Part shown: one piece after another, positions 10,456 through 20,039 of the stretch | Position numbering within the stretch: position 1 is the stretch's first letter | Layout of the letters: every line of letters begins with the position of its first letter | DNA from: a virus | Virus record (IMG/VR): IMGVR_UViG_3300045988_105630 | Reading direction: 5' to 3' (one strand) | Length of the DNA: 38,339 nucleotides | Notes under the pieces: model-generated | What the model saw: only the letters and a program-made list of their open reading frames with translations | Databases searched by the model: none | What the model was told of the DNA's origin: nothing | Program-made: the position numbers and the translations under genes

Positions 10456-12801
10456 CTACTCCTTTATAAAATAAATCGTGCTACTGTCTTTGGAATATAT
10501 ACTGTCATATTGACTTTCTGTGCCTGTCCAAAAACTTAGTTTTCCAGAACCATTCTTATTCTTAATGCTATCATTTGACAAGTTACTTACTTTATTATCC
10601 AAAACCGTTAAGTCCTCTTTACTAGCTTTTGCGTCTAATGTTGTTTGTAAGTTGTTCACATCTTCAATTGTATGTGTATGACTTTTACTTGCTTTGCCAT
10701 CAATACTACTTTGCAACGTTGATATATCAGTTTTACTTACTTTATTATCTAATGTAGTTTGAAGATTTGTTATGCTGGATATAGGGTGAATGTGACTTGT
10801 ACTAGCCTTACCGTTCAATGTCGTTTGTAGATTGTTAACATCACTTATATCGTGTTTGTGACTTGTGCTTGCTTTTGAGTTCAGTACAGTTTGTAGATTT
10901 GATACGTCACTGATAGCGTGTTTGTGTCCTACATCTGCTTTGAGATTAAGGTCTGTTTTGTCTGCCTTATTGTTAAGCGTTGTAGATATATCTGATATGC
11001 TCTTTGCGTTTGCATTAACTTTTGTGTCCAGTCCGCTGATATCAGTCGCTTCCAGTTTTTTGTCAAGTGCTGTTTGTAAATCAGTTATATCTGCTATTGA
11101 ATGAATATGTGCCTTTTCTGATTTGCTATCAATCAAGGTTTTTAACTTAACCACTTCACTTTGATTAGCTTTCAACCCTAAATCAGTAGTTAATTTATCG
11201 ATTGCTTCTTGTGATGGCAATTCCGTTAATTGACTTGATAAAGCTTCCAAATCTTCTTGACTAGCTTTTGTTTCAATACTTGTGTTGATTTGTTCAACTT
11301 CTTCTTTACTAGCTTTCGATGATATTTGAGTTGTTAGATTTTTAATATCATCTTGACTAGCTTTTGAGGATAAATCAGTAGTTAATGTATTAATATCTTC
11401 TTTTGTTGCTTTATTGTCTAATTTATCGGTTAATTCATCGGTTTTAGTTCCTAATGACTTTATACTTTCATCATGTGACGATAATTTAATATCTTGTTTT
11501 TCTATTTTTGTATTAATAGCTTGTTCTTTTTCAGTAATAGCCTTGTTGTATAAGTTATATGATACTGCTGTATCGTCTTCTTCTGATAAGCCTTTTAGCT
11601 TGACAACACCAGCTGTTGTCTCCGTTGCCCTCTCAATTTTAGGTATCTCTGGTAACTCCCCTGGAGTATTCCCCAGTGATTCAATCTTTTTATTCCATTC
11701 ACCAAACTTGATATCTCTCTCAGAATCTTTTGTTTGTCTTTGTTTTTCTGCTTCGATACGATTCAACTCATTAGTTTTTCTATCTTCTTCGTTGTTGATT
11801 CTTACTTGTTCAGCTTCACCTCTATTTTGCTCATTAGATATCCTTGTTTGTTCTCCTTGAACACGCTCTGACTCTTGCTGTGATCTCTTTTCTTCATTAG
11901 AACTTCTCTCAACTTCCTTAGAGTTTCTTTCCTGATCTGCTTTAACTCTAGACGATTCTTGTTCAGACCTTTTTTGTTCTTCTGAAATTCTTATTTCCTC
12001 TTTACTTACCCTAGCGTTTTCTTGTTCAATTCTTTTTTCTTCGTTGCTTTGATACAACTCACATTTTTGTTTTCTTTCATCTTCAGAAGCGATTCTTTTT
12101 TTTTCGTTTGCTTGCCTTATTTCTTCGTTAGACACGCGTTGCTTTTCGTTATCTACCCTAGTTGACTCGGAAACATTTCTTTGATTTTCTGATTCTTTCC
12201 TCTCGCCTTCATTATCTTTTCTAGTAGATTCATTTTCACTTCTTTTTGATTCTTCTTGAACTCTTAATCTTTCAGCTTGTTTTCTTTCTTCTTCGCCTTT
12301 TTTTAGGTCATCTAAACCGTCAAATCCATCAAAATTTTTCAATTTATCTAGTTTTTCTTCAAATCCGTCTAAGCTTTCTTGCATTTTAATAATGTCTATT
12401 ACCTTGTCTTCACCCAAGTCAATTTGACATGTCATAGATGGATGTACTTGGAGACTACTTTGCTTTGATTGAATTAACTCAACATTGTCCTTGTACAATG
12501 CAAGTTGAATTATCAGCGTTCCAACCTTTCTTAGCATATCAGTAGTCAGATATACTCTATACTTTTCATCTACAATATCTGCAACACTATATAAAAGCTT
12601 AGCTTCGTCTGCATACTTCGCATATAACCTAAGCTCATACTCCGTAGATGCAGGTATTGTATTGCCGTTATTATCCTTTATTCTTACAAGCAATCCTCTT
12701 GTTTTAGTGTCTCCTTGCACCACAAAAAGATGCTGTATTTCATTATTTAAAAAATCAATACTAATATTTTTCAAACCAATTGTTTCAATAGATTTACCCA
12801 T
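10456..12801 (-). CDS. Tail fibre or baseplate upper protein-like receptor-binding protein
   Basis: ORF track, 781 aa. The N-terminus is BppU-like (IDFLNNEIQHLFVVQGDTKTRGLLVRIKD...). About 200 aa of E/R/K/S/N-rich periodic sequence follows, then a C-terminal series of ...SH.H.I.D(V/I).NLQT.L..KAS repeats (HxH motifs). Confidence 0.7.
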   Translation of the reverse strand: MGKSIETIGLKNISIDFLNNEIQHLFVVQGDTKTRGLLVRIKDNNGNTIPASTEYELRLYAKYADEAKLLYSVADIVDEKYRVYLTTDMLRKVGTLIIQLALYKDNVELIQSKQSSLQVHPSMTCQIDLGEDKVIDIIKMQESLDGFEEKLDKLKNFDGFDGLDDLKKGEEERKQAERLRVQEESKRSENESTRKDNEGERKESENQRNVSESTRVDNEKQRVSNEEIRQANEKKRIASEDERKQKCELYQSNEEKRIEQENARVSKEEIRISEEQKRSEQESSRVKADQERNSKEVERSSNEEKRSQQESERVQGEQTRISNEQNRGEAEQVRINNEEDRKTNELNRIEAEKQRQTKDSERDIKFGEWNKKIESLGNTPGELPEIPKIERATETTAGVVKLKGLSEEDDTAVSYNLYNKAITEKEQAINTKIEKQDIKLSSHDESIKSLGTKTDELTDKLDNKATKEDINTLTTDLSSKASQDDIKNLTTQISSKASKEEVEQINTSIETKASQEDLEALSSQLTELPSQEAIDKLTTDLGLKANQSEVVKLKTLIDSKSEKAHIHSIADITDLQTALDKKLEATDISGLDTKVNANAKSISDISTTLNNKADKTDLNLKADVGHKHAISDVSNLQTVLNSKASTSHKHDISDVNNLQTTLNGKASTSHIHPISSITNLQTTLDNKVSKTDISTLQSSIDGKASKSHTHTIEDVNNLQTTLDAKASKEDLTVLDNKVSNLSNDSIKNKNGSGKLSFWTGTESQYDSIYSKDSSTIYFIKE

Positions 12802-12825
12802 GTAGTTTATCTCCTTTACTTGCCA

Positions 12826-14652
12826 TTACCTTTCTCCTCTCACATGATATGAAATCTCTACTCTGTTAGTAGTATTACTGTTTACTATATTCAGCACCCT
12901 TAATCTAAATCCCGATGAATCATAACTGATAATGAACGGGAATATACCCGTATCACTAGTACCAACCATACACATATTCAAGTAGCTAATTGAATTAACA
13001 TAATATGGGAAATTTACCCTAATAACATCACTGTATGCAAATCCGCCAATGGAGCCTTCATAAGAAACAGGACCCAAGTCAGCAGTACCGAACAAATCCC
13101 TAGTACTTTCAGTATCCAACCTTGATGAGGAATTATATTCTGCAAAAGGCTTAATATCCAATGCCTTGTCATTAATCTTTAATTCATCTTTGATATTAAG
13201 ATAATTTATATCGGCCTTCCAGGCTTTTAAAGTCAAGTCAGCTTCAATGCCTTGTGCGAAAATATCTCCCTTTACTTCAAGATTATCATTTCCTACAAGT
13301 TTATCATCAGGAAACTTCCCTATACCAACACTGTTATTCTTTGGATTTATGGCAATTCCTATAGATTGTGTTGGCACCGTAACCAACGCAGTATAACTTC
13401 TGAACTTATCCGTCGCAGTTACTCTAACCTCATACGATGCAAACTCCTTATATCCACTTCCCAAACTCACCGATTGAGTAGTAGATGCAATATTTATGTT
13501 TGCGCTGTATTTCGTTGAGAAACTTCCGTACGGCAATTCCCTCACATCAACAGTTACATTACAAGTATTATTATCAGTACTACCTCCGGATACAGTATGT
13601 TGTACCTTCACAGAAGCATTCAATCCTTCGCCTTGTCTTGTAACACTACATTCAGCAGTTGGTGGATTGTACTCTTTAACTCTTATATTCTCTCCGTAAG
13701 ATTTTCTTTGATTTCTACTATCCACAACTTCAAAAGTGATGTTTCTTTCTCCAGCTTTAGTTACACTACCAATATCGATAGTAGAGATATTTGAGTAAGT
13801 AGTGTACCCATCTAATGTCGCCAGGTACTTTTCAATACTCGCACCATTATATGCTTCAGCAGAGACATAAGCGCTAACATCACTTATATTTGTATAGAAG
13901 TAGTCACTTCCGAAAACACTCCTAACTTGTGAATTATTTTCACGAACAGAAACGTAAGATATGCTAGGCTTTTTTATTTCATAAACACGAAGAGTAATAG
14001 TCTTTGAAACACTTGTACCATCATCTGCACTAGCAGTAAAAGTCACATATCCACTTGACTCACTTCCGAATACATCAGAGAATGTCCTTGCATCGAAAGT
14101 GAAATTTTTACTACCCGTAATGCTACCGACATATCCTGAATAGTTGTCCGCTTCCCATCCAAGACTTACAGACCTTCCAGAAGTATTTGTAACATTAATA
14201 GTTACAGAATCTCCAATGTTTGCAGAATACACCGTATCACCTACAGAATCTACGATACTCATAGTCATAGGCTTTGCTCTTGCGATAGTAGGAAGTGTCA
14301 TCGTAGCACTCAGTGAACAAGTTCCTCTATGTGTTCCAACACTTGCTTTGATTGGAAACGACATTGTTCCATCTGAATTATGAGTGATTGTAAAAGTACC
14401 ACTACACAATGTAGAACTGCCACCTTTGTCAAAGCTATACGTTGTCGTCGTTTCCTCAATTGTCTGATTATTACAAATTAAAGAAGTGGCTCTCTTTGTT
14501 TGAGAATAGCCACTTCCTCCGCCTCTACTTTCAAGATATAATCTGTATCTAATTCTTGATGTGTTATCAGCCTCTGATTGACTGATAACTGACATATCTA
14601 ATTTAAAATACGCATACAAGCTTGAAGGCGCTGTACCAGTATATGTTGCCAT
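12826..14652 (-). CDS. Tail/baseplate structural protein (DUF859-like siphovirus protein)
   Basis: ORF track, 608 aa. YAYFKLDMSVISQSEADNTSRIRYRLYLESRGGGSGYS... resembles DUF859 as remembered. It lies between the Tal and the fibre genes. Confidence 0.5.
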   Translation of the reverse strand: MATYTGTAPSSLYAYFKLDMSVISQSEADNTSRIRYRLYLESRGGGSGYSQTKRATSLICNNQTIEETTTTYSFDKGGSSTLCSGTFTITHNSDGTMSFPIKASVGTHRGTCSLSATMTLPTIARAKPMTMSIVDSVGDTVYSANIGDSVTINVTNTSGRSVSLGWEADNYSGYVGSITGSKNFTFDARTFSDVFGSESSGYVTFTASADDGTSVSKTITLRVYEIKKPSISYVSVRENNSQVRSVFGSDYFYTNISDVSAYVSAEAYNGASIEKYLATLDGYTTYSNISTIDIGSVTKAGERNITFEVVDSRNQRKSYGENIRVKEYNPPTAECSVTRQGEGLNASVKVQHTVSGGSTDNNTCNVTVDVRELPYGSFSTKYSANINIASTTQSVSLGSGYKEFASYEVRVTATDKFRSYTALVTVPTQSIGIAINPKNNSVGIGKFPDDKLVGNDNLEVKGDIFAQGIEADLTLKAWKADINYLNIKDELKINDKALDIKPFAEYNSSSRLDTESTRDLFGTADLGPVSYEGSIGGFAYSDVIRVNFPYYVNSISYLNMCMVGTSDTGIFPFIISYDSSGFRLRVLNIVNSNTTNRVEISYHVRGER

Positions 14653-14661
14653 TTATTCCTC

Positions 14662-17600
14662 CTAAATCGGTTTAATAATCGTGTATTTATTTACACCATT
14701 ATCGTGCTTTGTTACCATGTGATATCCAAACTCTAATACCCCGTCAACCTTTAAATTCGGTACTTGTACTTGTGAGTTTGCAAATCTTGCAACCGTCTTA
14801 GTCCCGTCTACAATTTCTAGTGCATTGTTTTTAAGAATCATCTTAACTGCTTCGTCCTTTTTACCAATGAGAATACCTTCCTCACCGAAGTCAAAAAAAG
14901 TTGTTATCGCTTCTATTGTGAGCTTACCTGCTCCGACATTTTCTTCGATTACTTTGATTCTGTTTTGAAGTGACAAACTCTCGTTTTCCAACGCTTTTTT
15001 CACAGTATCAGCATACGCTTTTGCCTTTTCGACTTCTACAAATGATTTTTGAACATCATTCTTGTTAGGCATTTGCTTTATAAGAACCTCAACAGCTTGT
15101 TGCCTTGACTCAATATCTGTAACAGTTTGTGAGTCGGCTTTTTCTCCTAAATCCGACTTAACACCGTCAATCTCTTTCCAAATCTCTGTTGTGTCTGCAG
15201 GATCTCCTTTTTCTCCTTTAACCAACATCCAAGTATACTTCTTTGGGTCTGTTGAATCGGCTCTCTCGAAATCAGTATAAGTCCCAATATACGCTTTTTC
15301 TCCTGCCTCACTAACAGAAAAATCCTTACTACCATCAGCACTATTACTCCATGCTGTATGGAAATATGGTGTTTTTCCATCTGCTCCAGCCTTGCCTCGA
15401 ATACCATCAGCCCCATCCTTACCAGGTTTACCATCTTCGCCTACATATCTAGACCACTCATAACTCTTTGGATCTGTTGAGTCAGCTTTTTCAAAATCCG
15501 TGTAGAATCCAATATACTTCTTTCCACTAGTAGCAGTTCTTGTGAATCCAACAGCTCCATCCTCACTATCAGCATAAGCAAAGTGCATATAAGAAGTTCT
15601 TCCGTCCTTGCCGTCTTTACCAGGCATACCATCTTCGCCATCTGCCCCTGGAGGTCCTGGAGTAAGTTCCAATATCTCCAAGTCCCTTTTAGTGATAGTA
15701 TCTTCCCATCTATCGCCTTTCCACAACCTCTTGAAGTGAGTACCTTTGCCATCGTCCCATTGCCACACATCGCCCCAACTCAAACTAGCTCTATCAGGCT
15801 CTTTTTCTTGCTTATATATTCCAATCGTCAAGTCCTTTATGGTTATAAAACTTGTAGCTACAGCAACATCATTCAGCATTGCAGAGCATGTAAAAGTAGC
15901 TTGCAAATCAACGTCAGTGTTATTTATCCCAAGTATATTACCAGTTGAGCCTTCTTTAGATTTGTTCCAGTTTTCATCACTTGTAGTAATCTTGTCCTGG
16001 TATTCGGACACTCTTTCCCATACAAACTTATCAATCGTAGCAGTTTGATCCACACCTGCCTTAGTTACAATAGCAGTAATTTCTGTTGACAACACACCAT
16101 CTTTGAACACATTACCTTGACTTGATGATAGTTGCATTTCATATGGTACGTTTTGCCAATTAAATCTGCTACTATACACAGATTTTTCAAGACTTAAAAG
16201 TCTTTCAGAAATACCCGCTTTTTCTTCTTCAAAGTTTGCAAATATAGCAGAGTTGCTAAGCTCATCACATAAGCTCCTTGTGATATCCACAAGTCTAGCA
16301 GATAAGTACAACGCCGGCTTAAATCCGTGGTCTATAATTCTGATGTAGTCCCCGATTTCAAGCTCACCTGGAAGTTGTCTCAGTGACACCTCATAGCTAA
16401 TCTTAGCCTCATTGTTGTTTTTCAAGAACCTCAATCCCTCATCAAACAACGTCTTTTGACTAGTAGCCTCACTATCATACATTCTTATGAAATATTTTTG
16501 ACCCGTTTTATTGAATCTAGTCCACTTCTTAGCTGCTTCTCTATCGCAAATCAGACCATCATCAGTAACATAGAATCTTCCATCATCATACTTGTATCCA
16601 ACCAAGTCCGTGTTAACTTCGTGTTCTTTGTAGGATACTTGTTCAGTACTTGAAGCAGTAGCACCGGCATTAGTATATCGTTCAGATCCTTTCATGATAT
16701 TAGCAATCTTATCTCCCCATGCCTTATCACTAGCATAGTTATGTCCATTTTTATCGTGGTTCATCGCATACAACGTCTTTTGCCCGCGGTTATAGTAGTG
16801 TTCTTTTATCCACACAGCACCATTAATAATACCTGCCTGTAAACTTCTATTACTGCTCTTCTTAGCATTATCAGGATTACTATCATACGCATTAATACCG
16901 AAGTAATTGTGATATGTTCTTGCAATCCTACTGCTGCCCCACGCACTTTCTAGTGCTGCATGGGCTAATATATATCTTGCATCTAATCCGGATTGTTTTT
17001 GAGCTTCAATAAAAACCTGACCTTGCCCATTAAATGGTGAATTCGGTGCTTTTGCTCTTATCCAGTTATTTATTTGAGTCGCAGTTATTCCTTGCAATCT
17101 CTTGCCCAAATCGTGTTTTGTAACATCAGAATTAGTCCAGTACGTCTTCTTAGTTGCATCAACTATAGTTCCGCCTTTGTTCTCATTCCAACGATAAAAC
17201 CTAGCATTAGGACCGGTCCAGCCGTTAAGCTTAGTAGTCACAATACCATTTATGGATCCATACAATGTACAATGTATGATTGTGTTTTTATCTAATATTA
17301 CTCCTGTATGACCCTTGTTGTTGTATCGTGATACGAATATGTCTCCGTACTGAATTTCTGATTGATTGATTTGATGAAAGTACGTTCCAGCATTTCCCCA
17401 AGCCCATAATGTCCCAGTTGTTGGAAGTCCCACCGACTTTGGAAACAGTCCTGCAAATTTCGCAGCACTACTCACCGAACTTGAGCAGTCATAATAGTTA
17501 GGACCTTCACGTCTTGCTTGTGAATATCTGACCTTTCCTTCACGTGATTTCATCCATTTAACAAATAACTCAATCTTGCTATTTGGTGCAGGTTTCTTCT

Positions 17601-18309
17601 TATCTTCTTCAATTTCAACTTGTTTTACTTCTCTGATTTGCTCCTTGTGAGGTTTACCTACAGCTCTTACAGCAGTACACAAGTCCGCAATTGACACAGT
17701 ACGCTTAACATCACTTAAATCACGCCCGAACTCAAGCCTATATCCAGTCTCTTTGCCGCGTTTCTTATAAAAGTTAATGACCTTTTTATCTATTGCATTA
17801 CCATTTAATTTAACATCATAACTAATCTCACAGCCAAAACGACCTGCGATCATAGCAAGTCTCTTAGTCTTAGTAGTTGTACCATCAAATTTAAAAGCTA
17901 AGTTTTTATCCTTAGCTTCATTAATTCCAACAACCCAGTCTGATTTTTCACCAAGAGTATTGTTGACCCATTCTGCAAGTGTTCCTTTGAAATCTTGTTC
18001 TGCGATATCTTCATTAAGTAAATCAAGTCCGCAATCTTCTGCGACTATCTCCTTTGAATATCTTGTTTCTACAACTTCTGTAATCTCAAGTAAAACAGGC
18101 TTTTTCTTATACCCAGTAGCAACAACCAGACATCCAGCTTCTATAAGTTCGACATCCTTTTCAACAACCTTGTCAATACTGCAAGTAAGCATACAAGTTC
18201 CAGTTTCCAAGTTTTCGTTGAACTTATCATCTTGAAAATGTACGCCATCTGGATAATCATTACTAACTATTGTCAATGTTTGTAGATTTCTATCTGTAAC
18301 TATTAACAT
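14662..18309 (-). CDS. Tail-associated lysin (Tal)/minor structural protein with NlpC/P60-type peptidase, glucosaminidase-type domain and collagen-like repeats
   Basis: ORF track, 1215 aa. YSQARREGPNYYDCSSSVSSAAKFAG...GHTGVIL is NlpC/P60/CHAP-like. FIEAQKQSGLDARYILAHAALESAWGSSRIA...YHNYFGINAYD is glucosaminidase-like. Two roughly 70-aa repeats each start with Gly-X-Y runs (GPPGADGEDGMPGKDGKDG; GEDGKPGKDGADGIRGKAGADGK). Confidence 0.8.
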   Translation of the reverse strand: MLIVTDRNLQTLTIVSNDYPDGVHFQDDKFNENLETGTCMLTCSIDKVVEKDVELIEAGCLVVATGYKKKPVLLEITEVVETRYSKEIVAEDCGLDLLNEDIAEQDFKGTLAEWVNNTLGEKSDWVVGINEAKDKNLAFKFDGTTTKTKRLAMIAGRFGCEISYDVKLNGNAIDKKVINFYKKRGKETGYRLEFGRDLSDVKRTVSIADLCTAVRAVGKPHKEQIREVKQVEIEEDKKKPAPNSKIELFVKWMKSREGKVRYSQARREGPNYYDCSSSVSSAAKFAGLFPKSVGLPTTGTLWAWGNAGTYFHQINQSEIQYGDIFVSRYNNKGHTGVILDKNTIIHCTLYGSINGIVTTKLNGWTGPNARFYRWNENKGGTIVDATKKTYWTNSDVTKHDLGKRLQGITATQINNWIRAKAPNSPFNGQGQVFIEAQKQSGLDARYILAHAALESAWGSSRIARTYHNYFGINAYDSNPDNAKKSSNRSLQAGIINGAVWIKEHYYNRGQKTLYAMNHDKNGHNYASDKAWGDKIANIMKGSERYTNAGATASSTEQVSYKEHEVNTDLVGYKYDDGRFYVTDDGLICDREAAKKWTRFNKTGQKYFIRMYDSEATSQKTLFDEGLRFLKNNNEAKISYEVSLRQLPGELEIGDYIRIIDHGFKPALYLSARLVDITRSLCDELSNSAIFANFEEEKAGISERLLSLEKSVYSSRFNWQNVPYEMQLSSSQGNVFKDGVLSTEITAIVTKAGVDQTATIDKFVWERVSEYQDKITTSDENWNKSKEGSTGNILGINNTDVDLQATFTCSAMLNDVAVATSFITIKDLTIGIYKQEKEPDRASLSWGDVWQWDDGKGTHFKRLWKGDRWEDTITKRDLEILELTPGPPGADGEDGMPGKDGKDGRTSYMHFAYADSEDGAVGFTRTATSGKKYIGFYTDFEKADSTDPKSYEWSRYVGEDGKPGKDGADGIRGKAGADGKTPYFHTAWSNSADGSKDFSVSEAGEKAYIGTYTDFERADSTDPKKYTWMLVKGEKGDPADTTEIWKEIDGVKSDLGEKADSQTVTDIESRQQAVEVLIKQMPNKNDVQKSFVEVEKAKAYADTVKKALENESLSLQNRIKVIEENVGAGKLTIEAITTFFDFGEEGILIGKKDEAVKMILKNNALEIVDGTKTVARFANSQVQVPNLKVDGVLEFGYHMVTKHDNGVNKYTIIKPI

Positions 18310-20039
18310 TTGAACACCTCTCTGTAACTAACATCACAATCAACATAAGAGCCAAATTCTCCCTCTGTAGTTATCGCTATTTCTTCAACGCCCGGATAAA
18401 TTGGAGTAGGTTTTGAGCCAAATGCAATTGGCATCAAGCATCTGTGTCCGTTGTGGTAACAAAAACCAGTGTTCATGTCGATTCTTACAGTATCTCCATC
18501 ATTGAAATTAAATCTTGGAATGGCTACATTAATCATAGAAAACTCTTCCTTGCTTTTATTCTCAACATAAATATCTGCATCATAACCAGTAATTGTCATA
18601 TGCATTGGATTACAAGCTTGGATAAAGTCGTAGTTGTTCTTCTTAGTACATAACACATAAACATCACTAGCCACTACATCATCAATCTCAGCATTCATTA
18701 GTCTATAAGTGTAGCTTTTACCGTTCAACTGATTATACATGTAGTATGTAACCATAGCACCTCTTTTAGTAATAGTTACAGCGCCTGTCCAGTCAGCTTT
18801 ATTGTATCCAGTGTGAAGTTTACCATCACTACCACACAAGCACACCATTGCCATTCTTCCGTCACCATTAATAGTTTCTATCCTCATTCCGCCAATCATG
18901 TTTTGATCTTTATCAGTGATACCAAAAGTCAGAAAACCAAATTGTCCAGGGCTTGCTTTGTAATTGAATTTGAAAGTCATCTCCCAATCAGTCGCATTGT
19001 TAGTAACTTTTCTGTGAAGTGGTAATGTTGAGAATGTCTTTAAACTTGAACTATTCCAAAAAGGATACACACCAGTCACAGTGCTTTGGCTTTGACCTTG
19101 AATATCTTCTTCAAGCAACCAACCAAGATATCCCTCTTTATCTATAAGTCTGTATGCCTTCTTTGATTTTGATTTATTCACAGCCTTTGTCTTATCAAAT
19201 TTAAAAGACTTACCTTTTACCCAGTTAGCAATCCTCACTCCATTGTCCCAGTACCTTGCGTTCTTTGACACAGTAACAGTCCCGTTAGGAGTCTTTGGAC
19301 TTGATGTAGTAGTATTAGATACCTTCCCATCAAAATCACTATCAGCAACAAGTTTAGATGCGTCCACAATATCCCAACCATCACTAGTTTTCATAACCCT
19401 ATCAAGAATAGTTAAAGTTCCCTTACCACTCTTGAATAAGCTACTAGCTTGTTCCTTGTGTATCTTCATCTGTTTAATCGGTGCAAACTCCTTACTATCT
19501 CCGAATTGGAAACTGCCGTGCTTACTAGTCACTCCAATCATCGTAACCTTGCCATGACATGTGAAATCAAAAATAGGATACGTCTTATCCGTACCCTTAT
19601 TTTCACACATAATACTTTTAGCATTAGCTTGTGACAATTCCACAGGCTCTCTCTTATATCCACAAGCAGATGGAATGATAAAAGTTAGTTCGCCTTTCCC
19701 ATATCCTTTAGTGTAATTATTAGCCTTGTATTCAGAAGATTTTATTTCTCCATCAACCTTTGCGTAGTAAATAATATCTGGATCATCATAAAAGTATAAT
19801 TCCGATAATTCTTCAGTTCCTAAAAATTGAGCAAGAACTCTTCTAATTGTATTCAAGTTTTCTTGAACATAACTAAAAGTAATCTTGAATTTCGCTTCTT
19901 GTCTTCTGCTGCTAATAAAATCTGATCCATTAAACACAATATAAGGATTCAATTTATTTTCTGTAGAAGATAGAACGGGGCGCTCTATATTTTCTACAAT
20001 AATCAAATCCCTAAAATCAGTACCATTATAAAAAAACAT
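18303..20039 (-). CDS. Distal tail protein (Dit), enlarged form with inserted domains
   Basis: ORF track, 578 aa. It lies directly after the tape measure gene, overlapping its stop by 1 nt (TAATG). Its size is about twice that of a minimal Dit. The middle segment GTVTVSKNARYWDNGVRIANWVKGKSFKFDKTKAV...AYRLIDKEGYLGWLLEEDI looks SH3b-like. Confidence 0.6.
   Translation of the reverse strand: MFFYNGTDFRDLIIVENIERPVLSSTENKLNPYIVFNGSDFISSRRQEAKFKITFSYVQENLNTIRRVLAQFLGTEELSELYFYDDPDIIYYAKVDGEIKSSEYKANNYTKGYGKGELTFIIPSACGYKREPVELSQANAKSIMCENKGTDKTYPIFDFTCHGKVTMIGVTSKHGSFQFGDSKEFAPIKQMKIHKEQASSLFKSGKGTLTILDRVMKTSDGWDIVDASKLVADSDFDGKVSNTTTSSPKTPNGTVTVSKNARYWDNGVRIANWVKGKSFKFDKTKAVNKSKSKKAYRLIDKEGYLGWLLEEDIQGQSQSTVTGVYPFWNSSSLKTFSTLPLHRKVTNNATDWEMTFKFNYKASPGQFGFLTFGITDKDQNMIGGMRIETINGDGRMAMVCLCGSDGKLHTGYNKADWTGAVTITKRGAMVTYYMYNQLNGKSYTYRLMNAEIDDVVASDVYVLCTKKNNYDFIQACNPMHMTITGYDADIYVENKSKEEFSMINVAIPRFNFNDGDTVRIDMNTGFCYHNGHRCLMPIAFGSKPTPIYPGVEEIAITTEGEFGSYVDCDVSYREVFKC

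Noticed and set aside
10865-11860. Plus-strand ORFs 10865..11104 and 11414..11860 inside the tail fibre gene
   Set aside because: They are antisense shadows of repetitive, codon-biased sequence with S/L/F/C-rich translations.
15279-15669. Diversity-generating retroelement or hypervariable target suggested by near-duplicate modules in the Tal gene
   Set aside because: No reverse transcriptase gene or template/variable repeat pair with adenine-specific differences is present anywhere in the genome. The duplication is an ordinary in-frame protein repeat.
15062-16048. Several 70-120-aa ORFs on both strands inside the Tal gene (15062..15280, 15147..15434, 15441..15770, 15583..15948, 15746..16048)
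   Set aside because: They are alternative-frame and antisense shadows of the collagen-like/repeat region of a 1215-aa gene with clear domain content. None has its own translation signals.
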